In this document: positions 1-10,542 of the stretch, piece by piece
Layout: each line of letters opens with the position of its first letter
Position numbering within the stretch: the stretch's first letter is position 1
Origin: Phyllobates terribilis
Taxonomy: Eukaryota
Direction: 5' to 3'
Length of the DNA stretch: 52,616 nt
Assembly: GCF_046119375.1 (NCBI RefSeq)
Contig: NW_027368056.1
Span: 1 to 52,616, forward strand
Made by a program: the position numbers and the translations under genes
The notes under the pieces: generated by a model
What the model was told of the DNA's origin: nothing
The model's input: only the letters and a program-made list of their open reading frames with translations
The model's database searches: none

Positions 1-1233
1 GCCTGCTGGAGCATACGATCATAGCTGAGATAGGCATCCCTATCATTGATTTTTTCCGCCCGAGCCTGTCTTTGAAATCAGTATCGTCGAGCAGTCCACC
101 GAAGAACGCCTGCCGAGCGCCATCCTTAGTGAAATCATGCGCTTCGAGTGCTATGGCAGTGAACCTCTTGACGTAGTTCTCCAGGCTCTCGCCCACTTTT
201 TGCTTGACACCCTGTGTCTGCAGCATCGTCACCTTTCGCTTCTTGGAGGCGCTGAAATGAGTAACAAAGCGCTCCTCCAGGTCGTCGAAGTTTTGGATGG
301 TTCGTTTAGGCAAAGACAGGATCCAAGAGAGAGCAGTCCCTGACGGAGTGTTTGGAACCCCTTGCACATCGTGGCATCGTCGGCATTGCACGCCAGCATG
401 GCGTACCTGTACCGGTTGACGTGGTCCCGTGGGTCATCGTTACCGGAATACTCCTTCGAGGTCGGGTACTTGAAGTCTTCGCGAACGGGAGTATGCATGA
501 TATGATCCGCGAATATGGTGGCTCCCCGGGAGATCAACCCTGCACTGAAGTAGTGGCCATGGTTGGGAGCCGGTAAAGGATTATATGGGGCTAGTGGTCG
601 AGATGCCCCAAAGTGTTCATGACTATAGTGCTCGGGCGCCTGATATGGGATCGGGTGGCAATCGGCGAGGTTCGGCGCATAGTTTGGAGGCAAATAATGT
701 TCACGCTGCGGCTCGTGTGCTACGGGTGGCATGTGGAGCTCATGTGCTCGAGGAGGAGGTCGTTGAGGCTCGAAGAGCGGAGCATTCGGACGAAGGCTGT
801 TGGCTCTGTGGGCGTCGAGTACTCGAGGGTGCGGCAGATCCCCCTCCATATACCTCGGGGGCGCGGAGTTACACACTCCCCTATGCGCTAGGGCATTGCG
901 CCGAGGTTCAACATCTAAACACGCGAGCTCACGTTCTCTGGCGGCTCGGGACTCCTCTCGTAGGCGGGCCAATGCCTCCTCGTCCTCTTGATGCTGTCGC
1001 TCTGCCTCCTCGCGACGGAGGCGCCGCTCAAGCTGCTCTTGTTGCCGCTTGGATGCCTGGAAACGATGAAACTCGTGGAATTCGTACATATCTGCAGTCA
1101 AGGCGACGTTTCGGCTTCGCTGAGTAGGCTCCTCTACTGACACAGTTCCCATGCGCGATCCACCCTCTCGTCGACATCTCGCTGGCGGGCTATCATTAGG
1201 GCGCCTGCTCTGTGTTGTGTTCCGGCTCGCCAT
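1..1233 (-). mobile_element. Ty3/gypsy (Tat/Retand-like) gag, frameshifted; continues beyond the left edge of the window
   Basis: ATG at 1233, 36 nt after the PBS. Translation gives YSGNDDPRDHVNRYRYAMLACNADDATMCKGFQT, then after a frameshift near 350 SGTALSWILSLPKRTIQNFDDLEERFVTHFSAS...QKVGESLENYVKRF, a Retrotrans_gag-type domain. Further shifts lie below about 125. Confidence 0.85.
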
Positions 1234-1268
1234 TCGGTTTCTTGTGTTTGCTGAATGTGTGAGTGACT

Positions 1269-1285
1269 CCCCACGGTCGGCGCCA
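1269..1285 (-). other. Primer-binding site complementary to the tRNA-Lys 3' end
   Basis: Minus strand reads AACA-C-TGGCGCCGACCGTGGGG: an LTR end followed by a PBS matching the plant tRNA-Lys acceptor end, typical of Tat-clade elements. Confidence 0.8.
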
Positions 1286-1286
1286 G

Positions 1287-1768
1287 TGTTGAAGCCCAAG
1301 TTCCTCGTCAAGTCAACACACCTCGACGAGTGGCTCTGGTTCACTCTAGTCTTCCTTGGCTCAGGGTAAAGGCGACTCAAGCTCTCAGATGATGGGACGG
1401 TGCTCGTCGAGCGATTCTTCTCGGTCCTCGTTGGTATACCTGCACGACCAAATCCAGAGGGGAACGGGGGGCTTCCTCTGGATTTGGCTCTCCGACGCTC
1501 AAGTAAGTAGTAGCACAAAGAGGGGTGATGATAATGTATTTAATTTATGCGTAGGATAAGACAATAGGGGACTTTAGCTCTGAATTTCGGCAGAGTTTTG
1601 GTACGGAAGTCAGAAAGTGATCCCTTTTCCGTACGCCTTCCCTTTGTATTTATAGGAAAAGCTATATGGGCCGTTATTTAATGGGTTTTTCCCTATTTTT
1701 ATGATTTTCGGCCATTATATTTGTTGAAAATAACACGTTACCAAAGTAGAAAATACGTGTTTTGATCA
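1287..1768 (-). mobile_element. 5' LTR of the Tat-like element (right boundary uncertain, about 1740-1770)
   Basis: TGTT at 1287 next to the PBS. Minus-strand TATA box (CTATAAATA) near 1647-1655. Contains a CTCCGACGCTCAAGT motif typical of Tat LTRs. Confidence 0.65.
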
Positions 1769-1861
1769 GCTATTGTCTTTTGTCTCTAAGGTTCATTAAG
1801 CCTTAGATGCGCTTCACTAGTATTGAATTGCGCTTTCGATACTTGAGATGCGCTTGATCAA

Positions 1862-2920
1862 TGTAGGACACTTAGTAATGAATTTACTAATGTCCTTTAA
1901 GTGCGGAAGTGGTCAGACGACAATAAAGCGCGCTTTAAGTTATTAAAGCGCACTTCTATTTGCACACAACACAAGAGTTTTTTCCAAGGTGAGAACCCTA
2001 AGCCACTAATTGACTCGGGATAAAACTCACCACTAATTTTGTATTGATTGAATAGGGTTACAATCTCTTGCTTCAACACGAGAAGCTCACTTGTAAGCTT
2101 TCTCCTCACAATACAACCAATCAGCTCAAGAACAAATGGCTCTACACTCTCTCTGAATACAAACCTGAGTAATCAATCTAAGCACCCCTAGCTTTCCCTA
2201 TGAACTACTCACTTTGTATTACAGCTTCGAAATCCCTCGGATCCCCCTTTTTTTTTAGAGTGAATGCTATAGTCCTCTATTTATACAAAAACCTTAAGCT
2301 ACCCTTGCTTAATTCCTTGTAACAAACTAGAAGACTAAGCAATAGCCACCTCATCAATCCGTGTGCCTTGATCACTTCACCAGAATTAATCCACGGCTTG
2401 GAGTGATTTGGTTTTGTTCTCCATGTGTTGATCCACGCCACATAAGCAATCCGTGTGCTTTAAGCTCTAACAAACTCTTGCCACGCTGGCGATCCCTGGA
2501 GTAGCGTCACAAAGAGTGTAAAGTTCTTCTCGCACCTTCCTGTGCACGCAACTTGCACTCTCCCGCTTTACCAGCCTTCGAAGCGTCTAGATTTGTTCTC
2601 CTGCGCTCTGGCACACCCTAAGCTTCAGTGGAACCTCGTGATCAACTTTCTCCTTTTGCTTCAAGCGCATCTTCAATGGCTTAGAAGCACGCCTACACTC
2701 ACATCTGTACGTTGACAGGATTTATTGAAACACCGTTTTGCGAAACTTGATTTCTCCGCTTGATGTTAAGCGCGACTGTGACCAGTCAAGCGCATCTCTA
2801 AGTGACTTAAGCGCATCCTTACAAGTATGGCAATGACCTGGAAGGCTTAAAAAACACTAAGAGATTAAACATATTAGTTTGTTATCATCAAAACACAGAG
2901 AAATACATTGAGCTTTAATA
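1862..2920 (-). mobile_element. Copia-type (Sirevirus-like) LTR, apparently solo
   Basis: Right end has TTAGTTTGTTATCATCAAAAC, typical of Sirevirus LTR ends. Minus-strand TATAAATAGAGG near 2274-2285. Clustered AAGCGC/GCGCTT motifs. No matching TSD found and no coding region. Confidence 0.55.
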
Positions 2921-4294
2921 TTCCTACCAAAGCTCAACTAACAATATTATAGTAATTAAATCAGACTGCGGACCCGCCCCAACACCATCAGATTTATCTT
3001 CGATATAGTATCGCCCTCCAGAGTGGAATAAAGGAAAGAGCGTAGTTCTATTACCGTTTGCATTCCTGTCATTGAAGATTTAACACCAAGCTCAATCCAA
3101 ACTGTACAATACAGACTATCTTAGCCAATTAACTTACACAAAGTTCTGAAATCACTTTTAATTCCACCATTTCAGGAAAAATTAATCCAATCAGCATCAA
3201 TTGCAACGATGAAATAAGGCGGCAGAATCACAGAATTCGAGGACTTTTAGTGCGAAAACATCAAGAAATGTTCGAATTATAAGGGTTTAAAGGGAACTAA
3301 CCAAACAGGACGCAATGGAGAGGGTGAGAACCGAGGTTGCGGTAGCGGCCATGGGCGATAATAGGACCTCTAGGGAAGCAGATGCCACATTTCACGAGCT
3401 TCAACCAAGATATAGACCTGCGGTTGGAGATTAAACTAGGAAGGATTTCTGAAGCTCAGTGGTGAAAGCTAAGCCCGCGTCTCTTGCCAGCTTGAACGCG
3501 AATTTCCGCCCTAAAATAAAATGAAAAGACATTGACCATTAATATTTAATATATATATTTCTAATTTATTTTAGATAATGTATGTGCTCTTTTAACTTTT
3601 AATTTATTCAATTTTTATAAAGGTAATTCAAATGAAAATTAAAAGATTTATGAAAAATTATTTATTAGAAACACATAATATATCAACAGTTTCATTTTAC
3701 ATTTTAGATTTTATCGATGGATGTTCTTAAGTATTTGCTTTGGTCTTGTATCTCTTTCAAAGAGCTACGAGAAAGTGATGTATTTCGTCAATCTCGTAAT
3801 TGGGATTGTATTCGCCTAGTCTATTCGCCAATTACTTTAACGTAGTAAACGTGCCCAAAGACTCCCATGGCTATCTATCTTTCGGACAACGTTGTTTCTA
3901 TCTACTATTATCTAAAAAGCATGAAAAATTGTAGTCTTAGTAGTAACTTGTAACAATGTGTAATCAACTGTATGTAGCTAATGTCAAAGGTTATGAAATA
4001 GCTCGACCGAGGGGAGAGGTTACTAGTGTAGCTGCCGATAGGGACGTCCCACCCTTTGTCTTACTTCAAAGATGGAAAGCAGATTGACTAAGAATCCTCT
4101 CACTACCAACCAGCAGAGACCCTTTACAAAAAGTCTAGGAAACAAAAGAAAATTTTCTCGGCCTCGTCATCGAACCCCGTCCCTATCCCTTTGTCTTGAC
4201 TGAGCTATTTCAGCGACTCATTCAACAGGCGAATCTAGTCAGAAAATGACTGACTAGGAGACCAGGTATACCAATTTAGAGAAAACCTGCTTGA

Positions 4295-4357
4295 ATGGAT
4301 CCGGCAAAAGTGCAAGCAATTCAGGAGTGGCAGCCGCCAACCAACGTATCGGAGCGA
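4295..4357 (+). pseudogene. Ty3/gypsy RT-RNaseH connection micro-fragment
   Basis: Translates to MDPAKVQAIQEWQPPTNVSE, matching the gypsy DPxKVxAIxEWPxPxNVxE motif. Unrelated sequence on both sides. Confidence 0.7.
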
Positions 4358-4566
4358 AGAAAGATCGAAGACGAAGATTTTCTAAACGCAGTGCAGGCAC
4401 TGAATGGAAAAGACCCGAGGCCTAATAATAGGTCGACTGTACCCTCACGCGAACCTTATTGAAAACTCAAGGCAAGCGCTTGTCGCTCTTGATATGTATT
4501 CTATTAATGCGCTCAAATGAATTGATTCGCTAATGAGCTCACTCAGCCGGAAGATTCTCCTGCAGA

Positions 4567-4596
4567 GAGCCGGATGAGGGGAGACCTTCACGTCCG
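4567..4596 (+). other. Group II intron domain V fragment
   Basis: GAGCCGGATGAGGGGAGACCTTCACGTCCG is a domain V hairpin of the plant mitochondrial type. Domain VI and a downstream exon are not recognisable. Confidence 0.7.
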
Positions 4597-4889
4597 CCTC
4601 TTACTATATATGCTTTGGTTCAAAGCTGCCTCGTTTGGTTTCGAGAGCTTCCCCCTCCTCGTCCCTTAAGGAGTAGAGCATAAACCTAAAAGAATTAAAG
4701 AGGCCCCTTCAAGAACAAGAAAATGACATCGTGTTTTCCATTCGATCTCGATGAAACAAAAATCAACGAGCGCCTTTTTTTCGCTATGTAGGTTCAACTA
4801 CCTTTTGATGTGGGCCCTATCATTCCTTCCAAATCTAAAGATCATAGGGTTGAGGGTCCGTAGTACCCGAAGCACTGGAGTGATCTGAA

Positions 4890-4927
4890 CCGTGCAGTGT
4901 TGTAGCTAACACGTTAAGTATCCCGCC
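4890..4927 (+). pseudogene. rrn16: Plastid 16S rRNA micro-fragment (38 nt)
   Basis: CCGTGCAGTGTTGTAGCTAACACGTTAAGTATCCCGCC against recalled plastid CCGTGCAGTGCTGTAGCTAACGCGTTAAGTATCCCGCC: two transitions (C>T, G>A). Confidence 0.7.
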
Positions 4928-5259
4928 AATAAGAAAGAGATTTTTCTTTTGCAGGACATCAGACTACTGATCTTACTCCAAGAGATTCAATATCGAATTT
5001 TCGGAAATATATTAGCAACTAAGAGAGAACAGTAGATCGTCCCAGGTCCACTAGACCCGCCCTCTAGCTGTAAGAAGCTTTTCGGATCGTTCATATCCCT
5101 AGCTTGAATGAAAGCTGCACTCGACCTTTCTTTTTTACTGCTAGGCCAGATAAGCGCCTTCTTTAGTGAGATTATACGAGCAAATTCCTGAACCAAAATA
5201 TGTTATTGCGGAAAAGAACCTCCTACCCGAACCATTCTTAAGACCGCCAAGCCCCCTCA

Positions 5260-7186
5260 GTTCCTCGGCAGCACCTCGAAGTGCATTTCGTTTTCTTTTA
5301 CCGATCTAATCCAGAGTTCTTATGTGTTTACACGCCCCTTTGAGACCACAGAGGGTGAGTCAGGGCCTAAGATCAGGCCGAAAGGCGTAGTCGATAGACG
5401 CAACACACCCAATCGGTTGGAATTGAAAAAATTCTGTCCCAGGGGCCGTCCTGCGAGGCCAGAGTGGTGGGATCAGCAGTCAGCGGCTATAAACACTTTT
5501 TTGTTCCTATTAACAAAACATCCTCTTTTTCTTTGCATTTTATTCTTCCCCCTATGGTCGTAGGAACTTCAGAAGGAAAGAACTTCTGCAGCCGAGGGTC
5601 GAAGCGAGCGAGTTGGTTTGTGAGGACCTAGTATGTAATGGACTATATTCCTCGATCTAGGTGTATCACCTCCACCTACTGGCACTTTTGTAATCCTCTC
5701 CATCAGATCAGTAAATTTGAGGATTTTATACAGGAGACCTCAACCAAGCTTTTACACATTAGGAGACCTCTTGTTTGAATTCAATGGTATAATATAAGCT
5801 ATTAACCGATCACAACTTGAATAATAATACAACCTTTTTTTATCCTTGGCAGGAATTCTTTTAAAATTGGGAACTTACGGGTTTTTAAGATTTTCAATAC
5901 CCATTTCATTGGAACAGTATAGTACATTAAACAATAAGGGCGCTCATCTCTGGATGACCAAGCGTGGGAGTACTCCTCTTACAGCAAAAGCTGGGGAAGA
6001 AGAAGCTGAAACAGCCATATCCTAACCAGATTCGGGTCCATAGCCATGGGTTACAATGCACGAGATCTTGTAGTAGAGGAATCGGACTCATCAACAGAAA
6101 GAGTCAAATAGAATACAGATTCTATTCATGGTTAAAAATGGACACTATTTGGGCTAAGCTCGATCGAGAGCGACTGCCACCTCAAAGACTTCGCACTTTC
6201 AAGATGAGAGCTAGAGGCCAAAGACGAAAAGGGAGGCGAAGACCGGATGTTCATTAACAGGCTGGCAAGGCGCGAAGATCAATTGATCAATATGAATCTC
6301 GAGAGTGAATGCTTGACTGCCCAATTGGACTGGATCCCCGTTCAACCCGAAATCGGAAGTGAAGCCCTCGATTAGCAAAGAGCTACCCCAACGAGCTCTC
6401 TCCGCTCTATCCAATAGACTATTTGCTAAAGTTTGAGATAACCACGCCTCTGCTAGGCAGCGTGTGGAATGGACGGGGTTTCCATGGCTCCCGGGCCTTC
6501 TATGATTCCAAAAGATGATCCAGAATTGGGTCAATCGTCTTGTGCCATATGTACTGAGATTGTTCGGGAGACATGGTCCAAGCCCGGCTTTCAAAAAGTG
6601 ATTTCAACTAAAGCTTTAAGTAAACAGATCCTTTAACTTGACAGGTGGAACTGCCTACCTGCGTCGGCTTGGAGTCAACAAAATCGAGTGCCAACTCCCA
6701 TTTCGAGACCCCATATTATACCAGCATCTTTTTTGGTTTGAAAGGCGTTGTTAAGCGAAAACTAAGAGAAAGAAGGTCAATTGGGGGTCGTTGAACAAGT
6801 GTCCCTGCTGTTGCTCCTCTGGTGAATTTAGCTCTTTCGGATTATCTCGGAAATTATGCCTCTCGATCTACTTACTGCAGCCCAGGAAGAAAAACATCGT
6901 CTAGGGGAACGTAGAATGTAAGAGAATTTCAAATGAGAACTCAATTTCGTACGAAGTATGACTTGCAGTGAGCCCCCAATTCGACTAGTTCAGTTCAGTT
7001 AGCAATTCAATCAGATTTCGATGACGAGGCCGAGAAATTTTTCTCAAACCCGTAAGCTACTTCCTTTAGTTGACCAAATCTGTAACCTTCATTAGCAGAT
7101 TCATTTTCTGTGGTTTCGAAGTCAAATCAAGAAGCATAACAAAAAATGAAGAAAACGAAATGCACTTCGAGGTGCTGCCAAGGAAC
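5260..7186. repeat. 38-bp inverted repeat pair (5260-5297 and 7149-7186)
   Basis: GTTCCTCGGCAGCACCTCGAAGTGCATTTCGTTTTCTT matches the reverse complement of 7149-7186 with 1 mismatch, at a CG site. Confidence 0.85.
6029..6073 (+). pseudogene. ycf2: Plastid ycf2 micro-fragment
   Basis: Translates to FGSIAMGYNARDLV against recalled Ycf2 FGSITMGSNARDLV. Flanks do not continue the match. Confidence 0.7.
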
Positions 7187-8109
7187 AATAGCTGCTTGCT
7201 TGGCTTCAAAGCCTTACCTGCCAATAGGCGCCTATCCTCCCAGAGCTGGCCTAATCAGGAAGCTATAGTGAAAATTCGGCTGACAAAGAAAAAAAGGTTT
7301 CGTCGAGATAGTTTTCGTTTACCAACGCGTAGGTAGTATAAGTTCCTATGACCGAGTCTTTCTGGCCCCTCAAAAAATATGGCAGATTAGCGAGTCCTTC
7401 GGTAACGGAAATGGGGGGCACGTCTGCCGGCACAGAAACAACGAGCATTTCGGTCAATAAGCCGGAGAAATCCTTTCTTTCTCGTCCACTCAGGGGGGTG
7501 CGGACACATCTGCGTGCTAGCATTGAAAATAGATGACGTGAACTTGACCTCGGCTGACACGTTGACTGCCCTCAAGACTATTTCAATAAGAGACGTGTTT
7601 GGGCCCGCCTTGAAGACACCCAGGAACTGCTAGTACCACAGTCTTCACCAAGACAGCAGGAAGGAAGAGAGTCGTCCCCTATCTGAAACGACTACCTTGT
7701 ATCGGGTGAAGAAAAGAGGGCGGTAGGCTTAGTAGGGCTCGCGGCAGTCAAACGAGGGCGTGAATGCGAGATGCCAGTGGAATGATCGGTCGGACAGAGG
7801 TTAGGGCTGCTAGATAATGGAATACGAAAGAAAGGTAGGCGCTTTACATGCTTAGCCTCTTAGGGTAAGCAAGCCATGCCTCACCACTTGAAAACCCTCC
7901 TCATCCACTTCCTGGTCAGTTTTCTCAGAGTTGGAAACTGAAACTTGAAAAGAGAGAATTTCTGAGTTCCGCACCCGGTTACCAGAGAAGAGGGTGGGAG
8001 TAGATCAGCGCTATGCACCTTGCCTTGCTCAAAGCCAACGTGATGCTCCTTGGTCAGATGACCAAAATATTGGCGAATACCACATATGATGGATTTTGGG
8101 TGAGGGTAG

Positions 8110-8145
8110 AGGAGGTAAGATGATATCTTGAGCAGTTACACATCC
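8110..8145 (-). pseudogene. rpoA: Plastid rpoA micro-fragment
   Basis: Minus strand translates to GCVTAQDIILPP against recalled RpoA GYVTAQDIILPP. Only 36 nt long. Confidence 0.55.
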
Positions 8146-10542
8146 AGACATTGATGGTCATACATACTTGTTTATCAGACTCCCTGGTTTACCGACGCCG
8201 TGTCCTCGCCGTGTCCTCGTCGCCTCCTCTTATAGTTCTAACTCTTCGTTCCATATCGAACAATTGGATCTATTATAGGGGCCGGATTACGCCTATTCAT
8301 CTCTTTGGGCTTCTATTGAATCGAGAAAGCAAATCGCGCGCAGAGGTTCGAGACCAAGGTGTCGTGTAGGCGTCCAAGCAGGATCTGAAGTATCTGCCTT
8401 ATTGGGTCCTAAAAGTTGGAGTTGGTACCTTTCCTTTGTCTAAGGATCCTGCACATATCACTAGCTGATTAGGCAACTACCTTTCTTTCATCCGTAAAGT
8501 GAAATAAAAGAAGTGTTCTTGCTTTGTTTGGATGTTATTGCCTTTGCAGGCGAGGGAGATCCATAAATGAAAGACGAGAGCAAGGGGTTCCGTCACCCGT
8601 TGCTTGATAGCACACAGAAGACGGCCGCCGCGTTCGTAGCGGAGGTCCATGGCACTAGACCGGTTGAAGGAAGATTCATCCATTCGATCTCGCTTGATGA
8701 AGAGCTTCTACTGGATGTCATACCGGGCATTCAGTCTTCAGGTTCAGAATGGCCAGAACCACACGTGCAAGTTTCCCTGCATCCTTTGGTGTCGGCGGGT
8801 TCCTTTCTTGTCTTGACCAAAAGCCTCTTGAATCTTCTCTTTCCCTATTTTTTCTTTGGTTTGTTAGTTGTGTGTAATTGGCCCGGTCGCCCTACGCGAC
8901 TGGCGCTTCAACGGAATTTCACCATGATGAAGCAATCCTTTGTGAGAAATTCGACTATTAAAATCTTTCCCGGCCCCCCTCCGACCGGGCTCTAGGCCCA
9001 GTTATCCTATATTTACTTGTAATTTTTAATTTTTACACTTTTTATAAGGTGATATATGAGAAATACATAATTTATAAAATGACATTTACCAATATCACTT
9101 ATGTGATCAATAGAGTCATTTACTTTTCAGTCTTTGTCTCACTCTATATTAGAATTTGGATTAAGATAAGATTGACACCCACTACTTCATACTATTATTT
9201 GCAAAAATAAGATAAATATTTGGAAATTAATACCTATTTTTTGTCTGTCTTCACTTGCCAAAAATAAGATATATATGATGTGACATATTCAAATATAGAC
9301 CTAAGAATTTTTTATTATATTTTTCCCGTAAATTTACTTATAAATCCCATCATAGTGAAAACAAGAAATTACATGTAATATATACTACTTGAATTAGGTG
9401 GACAAAGCAACGTACTTAGGCAGACATAATTCATCATAGTATTTTTCATGCATACTTATTTCTATAACATTTACAGCCAAATCAATAAAAATCTCAATAT
9501 AAATAATGGAAATCATCGTATAAATAAGCATGTAATTTATCAAATCAGATAAAAAAAATTTAGTGAACCCTCAAAAACACCTTATAATTAAAATTTTCCT
9601 ACATTAGTAAAGTAGTCTGTCACGTATGAGCTTCAAGACAAGTTTCATCCTAGAAGCAGTAGATTTAATAATAATTCTAATTTCTGCACAAAATATGATA
9701 GATTTACCGGATTATGTTAAAATAGTGGTGTATGAGTGTTTTCAACCTTCTTGATGGATCAAGACATGGTGACCTTCTTGATTTTATATTATAAATGTCT
9801 ACTGTGCTATGGATTGTGGATTATTTTCTTTACGCATGAGCGAAAATATGTCTATTTATATGCACTCTTTACATAACTATTAACTCTTTTCTTGAAGGTG
9901 AAATGGTAAAACATCTAGTCATCAGGATTCATTTATGGGAGAAGGAGGTAAGAATATTAAGGGATTGTATGAAATGATATCTAGCAACTAATATGTTTTG
10001 ATCGTATATTTGAAAGCATTGGAATTCGAATGGTTTGAGAAGTAAACTGTTTTGACTTTAACTCAAAAGAAGAAGACGAATTCCTCCTACTAAATACTGA
10101 AATATGTTTCTAGTTTTATTTATTTGAGTTATTTGGTTTTCATTTTATAAGTTAACGCATTAAAAGAAAGAAAAAGCTTACTATATTAAAAAGAATTAGA
10201 ATTAGATTTATAATTATTAGAAAGAATTATAATTAGATTTAAAATTAGAAAAAATAAGAATTAGAATTAGGATTCATTTGCATTTTTTAAATTTTTTTTT
10301 CAAAATAATGGTGCCTTAATCTAAAGGAGATTAAGGGTTTTGGTAAATATGAGCAATAAAGTGGAGGATATAAATGAAAAATAATGGTTAAGATGTTTTT
10401 TTTGAAGGACATAACGGTAATTTATAAGTTGACTTGAAGCCATTTAATGGACCTTCAACTCAACTTTTATAGTATACTAGAATCATGTTATATATGTCAA
10501 TATTTTAGTTTATGTGATGAGTTTAATTTATGTTTCACGTAG

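Larger units (their letters stand above)
4148..7043. repeat. 27-bp inverted repeat pair (4148-4174 and 7017-7043)
   Basis: GAAAATTTTCTCGGCCTCGTCATCGAA matches the reverse complement of 7017-7043 with 1 mismatch. Confidence 0.85.
3716..8998. other. Mitochondrial-like DNA insertion (NUMT), mostly intergenic mosaic
   Basis: Abrupt change from very AT-rich flanks to a more GC-balanced non-coding sequence. It contains a group II intron domain V, plastid micro-fragments, a gypsy RT scrap and short dispersed repeats, as in angiosperm mitochondrial intergenic DNA. No intact organellar gene seen. Boundaries approximate. Confidence 0.7.

Noticed and set aside
1269-1285. tRNA-Lys gene
   Set aside because: Only the 3' 17 nt match, next to an LTR end. 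This is a PBS, not a tRNA.
137-1559. Plus-strand ORFs such as 585-1127 (180 aa)
   Set aside because: They are antisense shadows of the GC-rich gag frame with no recognisable motifs. The track's 229-1518 ORF also extends upstream through the PBS and LTR, so its first 95 codons are not gag.
4890-4927. Functional rRNA gene or bacterial contamination
   Set aside because: Only 38 nt match and the flanks are unrelated.
4987-8995. ORFs in the NUMT (for example 8567-8995, 6211-6594, 7263-7523) as novel mitochondrial or CMS-type proteins
   Set aside because: No recognisable domain or chimeric gene piece. Such ORFs are expected by chance at this GC content.
10170-10485. Additional Helitron ending near TATAGTATACTAGAAT
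   Set aside because: No hairpin or second terminus could be identified, so support is too weak.
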